Source: Balanoglossus misakiensis (Eukaryota; Animalia; Hemichordata). Taken from it: a stretch of 64,000 nucleotides of DNA. Shown here piece by piece: positions 51,239 to 63,200 of this stretch. The notes under the pieces were generated by a model. That model ran no database searches and was not told the DNA's origin. It was given only the letters and a program-made list of their open reading frames with translations. The translations under genes were made by a program, and so were the position numbers. Numbering within the stretch: the stretch's first letter is position 1; every line of letters begins with the position of its first letter. The stretch spans positions 5,468,791 through 5,532,790 of the forward strand of contig CM082596.2 of NCBI GenBank assembly GCA_040954595.2, read 5' to 3'.

Positions 51239-54200
51239 TTACTGCAGAATCGGATGACTCTCTTTGGTGCTTTCCATTGTGTCTTGATCGTGGACTTCCT
51301 CCCCTTCATCCTCCGGATTAAGGGGGCTGGTTTCGTCGTCCCCCTTTAAAACCAGAGTCTCTTTCTTGTCGTCTATGCTCGTCAGTGACGACGCCGCACT
51401 GCCGCCCCCACTGTACAGCGTGTCGTACATCGGGTTGGAGAAGTTAGTGGGCTGCAGGAAGTGGGGTGGAGAAGAGAAACAAACAATCAGCACTGATTGC
51501 ATGATGGGAGAAAATACAGACATATAGCTGATCTGCCATTTTGTTTTACCCGCAGTGATTGAAACATAGGACAGGTCTGCCATCTTTGCGACGGCAGGAC
51601 ATTCCAAACTCTAAGGGTTAGGGGTGAAAGGGGTACGACATATGCAATATCTGCATTCGCGTGAACCGAGAAATTCAAAAATACAGCTGAACATTTGCAG
51701 AACAAAAAGTATATTGGGAAGGGAAGTCATGCAGTGTGGTTATAACATCACAGACAGCGGCATATCACAAAAATTTGTTTTTCAAACGGATGTGCCAACA
51801 GATACATAAGAAGTGCAGCAGCAGGGTGACGGAAAATGTCCCATATAAAAAATTCAAAATGATCATTACACGAGAGTGTGCGTGAAAGTGAATTTTGTTT
51901 TAAACTTCGAAATCTTTGCCTTCGGTCTCATCCAAACTTGCTGTCGTTATTGGCGTAGTTTCAGAATATTGAGACTGAGATACTTCCATGGACGTTGTCA
52001 TGGGTGTGTTTTCATTATAGTTTACAGCCTCGAAAAGCTGATTGGAAAAATTGACATCCAGCTGCATGTTTGTATAAAGACAAGAAGAAAAGAAAAAAAG
52101 AAACAGAAAAGTTCAAAGACTACTCATTAAATTTCTTGCCGTTGTGGGCATGGCACAGATTTCTTTTGCGATACTTTTATGTTGTACAAATATCTGTTAG
52201 CATTACACTGCCATGTAATATATAACCACACTTAATGACAACCAAGTACATGTACTGGAAGAAGGACATTTGCACCATGTAATGACAAGATTTTCTTCTC
52301 TGGGTCACTCCACAACTGTGCAAGTTCTCTACGAATCTACCTGTGTTTTCATCATTTGGGAGCCCATTTACAGCTACAGACCAAATTCTAATCTATTATG
52401 AATTAATGCAACTATCCTTTTCGCCATTTGGGGGGAAACACTGAAAGGAACAACTGGGGGAAATAGAAACATGCAACTCATAGACTGATTAGCGCAAATT
52501 GTAACAATAGTACATGTATGGATGCATACATTGTATAACAAAAATCTCAACATGACAACTTGGGCCCTGTTACAAGAACAAAAATATCATAAAAACTATC
52601 TGCCATACACAGTATTGCACTAGATGGAATTTTCTGAAACATTAAATTTAAACTTTTGAAGGAAAAGAAATCCATACCTTTTCTGCATCTAAATTAAAAC
52701 CTGTGTCTAGAAGGTCGGGTGCTCCTTCGTCGTCTTCATTTTGATCGTATAAAAATGTTGGATTTCCTATTTCTACATTAGTCGCTCCTCCGTTCTTCAT
52801 TCTTTGGTGTTGGAAGCCACTAAATTGTCTTTGACATGAAAAGAGAGAGAAAAAAATAGCACTTAAATGTTCAGTCCTCAAATCAGATTTTGCAGGCATA
52901 TTCAGTTAAGATATACACTGTCCATACTGCAACAAACCAACTAAAATCTGTGATGCATTATTTGAATTATTTGAACAATACAACATCTATGCAACTTCAT
53001 AATGTGGATATACAAACCTCAACAACCAAGTTATTTATTTATGAACTTAAGGACTTTAAAGAAAGAGATGCCTAACTCGAATAAAGTCCCCCAGATTGGA
53101 TATAAATATTGATTAAAGGTAATTTTTCCACACAAAGAAAACAAAACTTCTGTGTTGTACCTACCTAGTTCTTCTTCTATAAAATATAATTCCGAGTATA
53201 ATTAAAATAATTACAACTGCTAGTATAACAGGTACTGCTACTGCAACTGAAGCTAAAAAGAGAGAAAATATTTGTTTTCAATACAAGTTCACAAAATCCG
53301 GCAATAAAGGGGAGTATGAAATAAAATGATTGAGAGAAAATGTCAACAAGTGATCATGTAATGTGGAATTAACTCACTATTATCTTGCTTTTTCTCTTTT
53401 TTGCCAATTATTCCTGCTTTCTTTGTTAAACAAGACTCTCCTGTCCATCCACTCTGGCAACTGTTAAGAAAATAAAAGGAAAATTGAAACTTCAATCAGT
53501 TGAGAATTACCAAGTTCTGTCATATTTTGAAAAATACAAACTTCATCAGAAACAAACAGAGTTTGTAGTTTTTATGTCACACTCAATAAAACCTGTCATT
53601 TACGTTCTGAAGACATTTCACCTTTAATGACAAATTATCCTGAAATGCAAAGACAGGATGCTGACTTACTGGCACATGACATCATACTTGTCGGTGTGGA
53701 CACAGTTGCCATGGGGACCACAGTCCAGACTGCCACAGGCTTCCACTGACGCTTTCTTCATCTCGCAGTTATCGCCTATGAATTCCTCGGTACATCTGCA
53801 GAACAGTGAAAATAATGATTTTGTTTGATTTGAATTTATACCACAGTGCAAGTTATTAAGGAAAATGACAGTGTTATTGACTCCAGAGAAAATGAGAATT
53901 TTATACTTGACATCACGAAGTGAAATTAAAATTTCAAAGTCCTCATTTATCTATAAGGTTAGTTTGATCATAGACAGTAGTCTAGAGTTTGATGTAAGTA
54001 GTACAATATTTACTCTGCCAATAAAACAGTAAAAAGTACACCTCAAGAACAATCCTGCTCCAGTCATATCAGTCAATTTTGCTTTTATAAGAGAAAAAAC
54101 CCATAAAACTTACAAGCAGGTTGGCTCATTGCCTTTCTTCGTACAAGTCCCACCATTTTTACAGAAACCTTCGCACGACTTCAACTCGCAATTTGTACCT

Positions 54201-57200
54201 TCCCAGCCAGACTGACAACTGCAAAAGAAATATTATTGATGTCAAGAAAATGAAAACGAGAAAAAAAAATTCTTGCTTCCAAAACCACCCACTGAATACA
54301 GATAATGTGCAATCCTAAATATGCCAACCTTTGATTGGTTTGGTTGTTGTTTTTTGTACGAGAATTTGTTTTCATTTGACTAAAGCAATTGCGCATTTAC
54401 TTGCTCACGTCATAGTGGTAACTTGACAACCTAGCTCAAGTACTTAATTACATTAAGAGAAACAATCATGAGAATGAAAATGGTGGCAGTTTTTTATTAC
54501 GATTCTTGAAAGGGTTTGTTATCTGTACCTGCATATTGCGTCTTCAGTATTCGAGCCGTTCTTGTACACACATTGCCCGTGGGGTTCACAGTCAAGGTGT
54601 TTGCAGTCATCGGGATGGGCTAACACATGTTCACAGTACCTGCCTCCCCAATCGTCTGTGCAGCTGAAAGAGATGCTCGCATTGGTCAACCCTGTGTCAT
54701 GTGATCGAGAACTGAGAACGTGATTGGTTGGTGGCATGATCGATTGAGCAGGGCACTGCCTGTGCCTCGGCAAGGCTGATTGGTCAAATATGGTATCAAG
54801 CAGTTTACTAGCACATGAAAGCACAGTTATTATTTGTCAAAAGTTGTCAAAACGAGACTTTGAATATAACTGAATTGCACTTACTTGCATAAGAGATCAG
54901 TTTTGGTTTCAAGGCACTCTCCGCCATTCTTGCATCGACCTACACACAAGTCCACCTCACACTGTGAGCTGTTGTAACGTGGTGTACACATACACCTTTT
55001 AGTACTTCCTAAGAAAATAAAGAAAAAATAAACCAAATATTAACATTCTCATTAGAACTGGACATTTCTCTCACAATCTAATAGTCGTTTAGGCAAGCTC
55101 AAGTTTTGTCAGTAGGCTGCAGATCATGACAGCGGAAATCTTATGTTTTCACACAAACAACATAGACAGCTCATGAAGACTTGAGACATTCAAATGCACA
55201 CACCCAAAAAATCTACCTACCGTCAGAGATGCACTTTCCGTTGTTCTTGCAGTAGTCTTTGCATTCGTTGATCTCACAACGGACGCCGGAGTAGGGCGGA
55301 CTACATTGGCACTCGGCTTGCTTGTTTTCACTTGGGCTGCTCACTTTGCAGAAGCCTCCGTTCAGACAATAGTTGTCACACATGTTGTTCAGGCAGTGGA
55401 TACCACTGTAGCTTCCTTTGCACCTGAAACGGGCGGCAAAAGTTTGTATTAATTGACCTATAAACCCTAATGCTACTGGGTGTCATACATGTACCTGTTA
55501 GAGTGTCAAGTCCCTTAAAACACGTATTTGCCACTTTTTCTTCTGAAACGTATCTTGCCAGTCTTGACATGGCTCTCATACGTACTTATAGACACACTTG
55601 GCAGTCTGAACCCCTTGTAAAATGTCTCAAATCACACTGGTTTGCACTGTATTGGTCTGAGGTTCTTGCATAGGCCCCACTGATTAACACACACTTGGCA
55701 GTCTAACAGGCCTGGGAGCCAGGAACAACACACACCCTTTTATGAGGTTACGGCAATAGGTTTTGAATAACGTAAAGTAGTGAGAGAGCTAGTCAGAAAC
55801 GCTGGGTACATACTTGCACGTCGGCATGCCGTTCACAATGATGCACTCGCCGTGATTCTGACAGAAATCCTGACACTTGGAAATGGTGCAGCGGGGACCT
55901 CCGAACTCGTCGGTGCAGGCGCAGTACAGCCAACCGTGCTCCGGGATGCAGGTCCCTCCATTCAGGCAGTAGTTGGCACAAATGTCCATCTGGCAACGCT
56001 CACCGGAATACTGCAAGGGGCACCTGAAATTGAAAGAAACCGCTGATGCAAATTGCTTCATTTTTTTCAGATATTTGACCGTTTTCACATTTTCTGAACT
56101 CATTTGCATGTTTCAGTGGTGACAACTTCACTGGAACAAAATCCCATTTACAGTCCAGCATTCATGGCCGAACTGTACAAATATAAACACGATACGTCTA
56201 GCACTTCTCAAGTTCATCAACATTATATTTTTTTCTCAACAAACTGGATGAATCCATACAAAAATAACAGATTCAACTCACTTGCAAGTCGGCTTGCTGT
56301 CCAATATTAAACATGTACCTCCATTGATACAATTCAGCTGTTCACATCCGAAAGCTAGAAAATAACAGACAGTTGATTATTTTATATCAAATGTATCAGT
56401 CTTGAAAGTAATGGATGACAAGTACAAGCATCTTATGCTTATCTCAGAGGATACTAATTTATTCTGTCACAGACGGGCAAAAAGATATGAACGCATTTCA
56501 TACAAAACCCAACAAACAGTTTCAAGTGTTCTGTTGTATTCTTCGCCACAAGTCTAACATTATTCCCATTGAATGTGATTGCAATAATGCCAACACTGAG
56601 CACAAAAACATGACTTCATTTGCCATCGCAGGAAATGCAGAATCGATAACAAGCAAGAGTTCCGGTCACCATCAAGCAGTGTTTTTGCTAAGGTTGGGGA
56701 ACGTTGGTAAATAATTTGGGAGCCCTGGTAATACTTATACTTAAATCCATTAACTTGACTGCAGTGATATACCAAGGGGAACCCCGGTAACATTTACCTG
56801 GGTACCGCCCTTAACAAAAACACTGAACAAGGGCAGCAAGCATTACTTACATGTGCATGAGCCGTTGGCCAAGCGTTCATATCCGTTCGGACAGCCACAG
56901 GTGAATCCAACAGGCTTCGGTAGACAGAGGTTGTGATCGGGACAGATGGTTCCATTACACGCTGCAGGAACTACAAGACGAAAAAACAGACTGCGTTTCT
57001 GACAGATCTCTTATCACAAAAGTGCAGGATGTGCAAATTAGACAAATACACCACTTCTCTTTCTAACCTTCACTGCAATGTTCTATAGAGTTCATTATAA
57101 TATACCTCATGCTAATACTGTGCCGTGATTCGCCAGAATCCGTCACATGATACAAAAATAGAATCGACTATGAACCGCTAGGGAAATAGCAGAAAAAATA

Positions 57201-60200
57201 TAAACCGGTCACGTGACCAGCGTGAGTGCGCAGACTCGGTCACGTCAATCAGCGTCGCGTCGTCTGACACAATGGCCACCGCGGAAGATGTCGTCTGCCA
57301 ACCTCAAGAGAAAATTGCAAGATTTTCCCAGCTGTTAGCATGAGGTTTATTATAAAACACCTATAGCCTGGCCTATATTCGGGCCATAGCAGCCGTTTAT
57401 TACCCCCTCGTGACTGTGAGTTACCAGAATCATATGCTATTTCCCGAGGCCGCAGGCCGAGGGAAATAGCATATGATTCTGGTAACTCACAGCCCCTCGG
57501 GTGTAATAAACGGCCGCTATGGCCCTCATGGCCAGGCAATAGGTGTTCAATATAGCATTCTATAGATTTTGACATTTCCATAGAACAAATTCAACAGAAA
57601 ATGGTGCCAAAACTCTATACATTTCAATAGAAGTTACATGGGTGACTATTAATCTATGCTTTTAATCTTCTGAATGATGTCTTACATCACCATACGGTCA
57701 CAAATACAATGCGTCATCACCGTAAATTCCAACCGTACGTACCTTGCGGCTGCTTGAGTTCGTGAACAATCACGATGTCTGTCGCTCGCTGCAGACTGGG
57801 CACCAGAACTGTGTACTCCTTGGTGTACTTGTTCAGTTTGAAAATCTTGTTGCTTCCGAAGGTAGTTCCGTAGATGTAATCTTCAAAGACGTCGATCATG
57901 TGTGGCTGGTCACCATCTGCAGAAATGCAAATCATGGAACCGGTTCAATCAGGTTCAAACAGGTTAAAATTGACAATGCACAGAGGCTGTTGTCCCCAGG
58001 GAAAGCTTAAAGCCAGTATACTGAAGTCTCTTAATATTTGCTATGAACCTCTGTAGATGTGTCGAAAATGTGAAAAGATACACACGCCCAATTAAAGTGT
58101 GTATACAAAAACTGGCTCACCTCTTGGGAATCGATTGATGACGATTCTGTCGCTGCCGTCCAGTTTAACACTCTCAACAGAATGAGCCTTGGGGTCTGCC
58201 CAGTACAGTCTTCCAATGCTGAAATCTATCGCCAGTCCTGTCGGCCACTCCAGATTGTCACTGACCAGTACAAACCGGTTTGAACCGTCTTGGTTGGCAC
58301 ATTCAATCTTGGGAGTATCTCCCCAGTCAGTCCAATATATTTTCCTGTGATGAAATTTCGAGAATTATTTGTTAAACTCTTTTTATCCAGAGAAAAAAAG
58401 ATATCTATTCAGTATTATCTTTGATAACTTTGTGCCCAAGGACTCGTCATGTGATCAGCTGGACAGACGACTAACTCTTCAAGTTCAAGGGCGTCAACTA
58501 CACTTACCCTCCCTCTGGGTTAACTACGATGGCGTGTGGGCGGTCCAGTCCTGTGTTGATCAAGGTCCTCCTGTTGCCGCCAAAGCTGTCAGCCACTTCG
58601 ACAGTGTCGAGGCTGGAATCCGTCCAGTAGATCAGATCGTTGACCCAATCGACGGCAATACCACGAGGCTCACCAAGCCCTGAAATCTGCAAGAGCAGAA
58701 TCACACGACCACATGTAACTTCAACATGCCTAGTCCAGAATAAAATGTCACACCCAGACTACTGTAGTGTTCTAAGGAAAATAGATGGGATTGGTGAAGT
58801 GATAACAGAACGAATACAAAACACGTTCATAGGAATATGGCCGTTTTTTGCACATGGATTTGTTCGTGCCATGCTGTGTTCAAATTCCGGGTTTTGCATA
58901 CAATGTATATTTACTTAATATTTTCTGCAGTAGCAGGTCACCAATAGTTGGTAATGACAAAGGTTTCAATTGCCAAAGAAGAAAGAAGAAACTAGAGTAT
59001 ACTCGGATGAAACCTTGTAAAAAGAACGTGCCATCCACTATATGCTTTAACACATGTATGACAACTACTATGCACTCACAAAGACACCTTCTGACTGGTC
59101 TCTCTTTTTTCGTCTTCTTTCGGTTTGCGTGGGAGGGTTCAACGTTCGCCTGTTGATTGTGTGGCTGTGAATGTTTGTCCAGAACATTACACCGTATCCG
59201 AAGTGGTAGTCGGCGCTTTCAATTCTCGTCGTCTCGTCGCCCAGATAGTCAGTGTCGTAGGTGTTACCAGGGCGATCGGGGTCTAGATGTCGCAGTTCGC
59301 TATCATTCGGGATGACGAGGTAGTCACTTTCACCTAAGAATGGCAGAACATACATGTACATCAATTCAGGCATCTGATTACAACAAATTCAGTTGCGACT
59401 ACCTAAATCCCATCGGATCCTCACATACCAGTACAAGTACGCTAAAGCAGTGAATGTTTTTTTTCCCCTTACCTCCTGCTTTACACTGTCCTTGGGCATC
59501 TCTGTAATATCCATCAAGACACTCGCACATGTAGGATCCCTTCGTGTTGACACATACTTGAGAGCACTGGCCGTATATTTCACACTCATTAACGTCTAAA
59601 AAACCAAAATCACAATCACAGTGAGATTGAGTGAAATATGACAAGTTCCAATTCAAAGTAGATTGTCTGAAAGAAGCTTATAGTGCATCCATAACTTTAA
59701 AGCCCCAGTACCTGCTATTGTTTTCATGAATATACCGTCAGATTTGGAATGGTCCATTTTAATGAGCTAACTGACAGGCATATATAAACACATTATCAAC
59801 CTCGGATTGTGGCTGTATGTTATGAACAAGTTAACTAATAAACATGAGGTTTAGCGACCCATTGCAAGCGTTCGCGACTACCGTGGTTTTGCGCACATGG
59901 GTACTAGAATCTTAGAAAATTCAAAATTTTGTCGTTTGTGGATGGGGGATGAGGAGAAGACCGAAATGTGTCACTGATTAAAATCATCACGGCATGAAAA
60001 GCGGCAACTAGTATTTGGGGCTTTAAGTAATCACTGCCTAGATGTTTGTATTTCTTACCTCCACAGGTGTGCCGGTCATTCTCCAATTTGTAACCTCCGT
60101 CGCAGGAGCACACATAGCCGCCTTCTATCTTGACGCACTTGTGTTGGCAGCCTCCGTTGTTCTGGCTGCACTCATCCACGTCTGGTGTGCCTGGACGCGC

Positions 60201-63200
60201 TATTCATGGAAAGATTGTGCGACATGGTGTGAGACAATCGGCACAAGAAAATCATTGCCAAGAACTACCATCAAAGTTGTCACGGATACCAGTTGTCTTG
60301 GTAACTACGCGATATACTTACTGCAGTTTGCTTCATCCGAATAGAAGCCGTCCTCACAGTCATCTTCATGATCACAGACGAAAACGCTCGGAATGCATCT
60401 GTGGTTGGCACACTTGAATTCATAGGACTCGCATCGAGGAGCTGGACTGGAGTAACCTGAAAGTGGTGTAGAATACCGATGATGTTTACTGCTTTAAAAG
60501 CCTTTTCACCACCATGGTTCAAGACCAATAAAAAAGTTCAATAGAATTCTTCAGCCTACTGTCCATGTATTCCTATAGGCAGAGTCAAATTTCCCCCAGT
60601 CTTACAAGCACATAGATCAAGCACATACAACTTACATTTTTCATCCGAGTTGTCACCACAATTGTCCGTTCCATCACAGACTAAGAAGCTGGAGATACAG
60701 ATATGATTATCACAGCGAAACTTGTCTGCTGGACAGTCGAGTTTGCCTGAAACACAGAAATTAAATTCAATGTCAACCACCACCACTAAACCATCAGCAA
60801 AGTCCCCATAGGGCACTTTTATTAAAGCTTTACATTTTGGGGGGGAGGGAGAGGAGTCATGATAATAAGTAGCTTTAAACTTACTGCACATGTAGGGGTT
60901 TTCATCCGAGCCATCGTAACAATCATTATCGCCATCACATCGCCACGGTAGAGGACGGCACAGCGTATTATTGCACTGGAATTCATCAGGTCGACATATC
61001 CTGCCACCTGGCTCTGGTCACAAACAAAAAACATGGAAAAAGTTATTTTCTGGCACTTGCAAGAAACCTGTTCAGATGTTGAATGCGATACTTGCAGATA
61101 TTCCTAAGATTTGTCAGTAGATAAGGGTTCATTTTTTTTAAATTCACATGTCAGCTGCCCGTCTCCACTTTACCTGTGTCACAGTCAGCTTCATCTGAGC
61201 CATCTAAACAGTCCACATCCCCATCACATTTCCAGTCGGCGACTATGCAGTGACCGTTATCACACTGGAATTCCGTACTGGTGCAGGTAACCACCCCTTC
61301 AGACAGAAAACAAAACAGCAATCACAATTTTTTCCAACTTTCTTTTTCACAAAATGATAACCAATGGTAAAAAAAGCCAATTTTGAGATGCACACTCAAT
61401 AGAAAAGTTTTTCTGCAATTGTTTATTTAAAAGAATTAACCAAAGAAAATCTTAGTGGTATGGTGAAGTGTTAATTAAAGGCCCTTTCCTATCATGTTTG
61501 TTGAAATGTTTCTGGTGTTGAGAATTGCAATTCATGAATGGGATATCACTGTTCAGCAAAGTCAACTGAAAAAAACAAGGAGACTTTGCCATATAGCAAT
61601 CTTTGCAATAGCTACCATACTCACTAGGGAAGATGAGACAAGTAACTCAGACATACCACAGTTTGGACCCGATTCATCGGAGTTGTCACCGCAGTCATCT
61701 TCGCCATCGCACTGCCAGCGCCCTGGAATGCAGCGGTCGTTGGCGCACGGAAACTCGCTCTCCGAACACGGCCTGGGTACGCAGAGGGTCTCGTCGGAGT
61801 TGTCGCCGCAGTCGTTGTCGTAGTCGCAGCGGAAGCGCTGGGGGATGCAGCGTGAGTTGTTGCAGAGGAACTGGTTGGGCTCGCAGGTGACCAGCTGGCA
61901 GGCCTCGGCGGGCTCGTCCGACCAGTCGCCGCAGTCGTTGAAACCGTTGCAGCGCCAGCGCAGAGGAATACACCGACCGGTGTTAGCGCATTGGAACTCA
62001 TTCGGTGCACATGTTCTGACGTCTGCAAATAAAAAAATACATGATTAATAGCAATAATATTCAAACAGCCAAAATGTACACATGATTCAAATTAGTTTTT
62101 GTCAATCTACTGTTTATAAAAATCTCAGTGCATAGGTTTTAGCATTTCAATTTTTTTTAAATCAGTGACTGATCCTTTTGCGAATATATTTCTTAGCTGA
62201 GACTAGAGGTAAAATATTTCCTGTGACTAAGAAATAAATTTCTGTGTTCAATCCACCATGCCTATGTGAGATAAATAACCAAGTGTAGACTTACTGCAGT
62301 CTGGTCCCTCATCTGAGCCATCGCCACAGTCATCATCGCCATCACATAACCAGACATTTGGTATGCAGCGCTTTGTGTGCACACATTGGAATCGGTCTCC
62401 GTCGCACGTTATCTCATCTGAAACGGGTACACGAAATAAAGTTAATTGGAACCTGTTCATCCCCTTGTCACCTTGGTACGACCCAAATGACTCAGGAATC
62501 CAGTTGGATGATACTATTACACTGGCATTCTGGGGGTAGCATGGGAGTAAAATACTGTAAACATTACAAAGCTAAGATATCTGTTTTGGTAAAAATCATA
62601 GGTAGGTCTTCATTTGAACAAATAAAATGGTTCTCTCTGGGGCTAGCATGGGAGTAAAATACTGAAAACATTACAAAGCTAAGATTTCCTGCTTTGGTGA
62701 GAATCATATTAGGAGAATAGGTAGGTCTTTATTTGAAGATACAAAATGGTTGTCTCACCGCAACCGTCTTCATCCTCCCCTCCATCGCAATGATCTATTC
62801 CGTCGCATCTCAGGGAAGCCATGATGCATTTCTGGGAGTTGACACACTTAAACTGGTTGGCCAGGCAAGAGTGGTTGATGCAGTCAGTTTCGTCCGAGTT
62901 GTCATCGCAGTCGTCATCGCCGTCGCAGAGAAAGGCCGGGTTGATGCAGCGCTGGTTGTTGCACTGGAACTGGCCCGCCCTGCACACAAACGGCCCTTCA
63001 AAGCAATAAAAATAGGATTGGATGTCAGTACACAATACACAACAACAGTTAAAGTTGCAACAACACGTTCCCTAGAGTCTCATAGAATTTTAGACTAGCA
63101 CATCCACACCAATATCATTGGTTATATAAAGCTTGTCCTTATCAAGTATTAGCGATGTCTCGTCCAAACTACACCGTACGTACACAACATACACAGGCAC

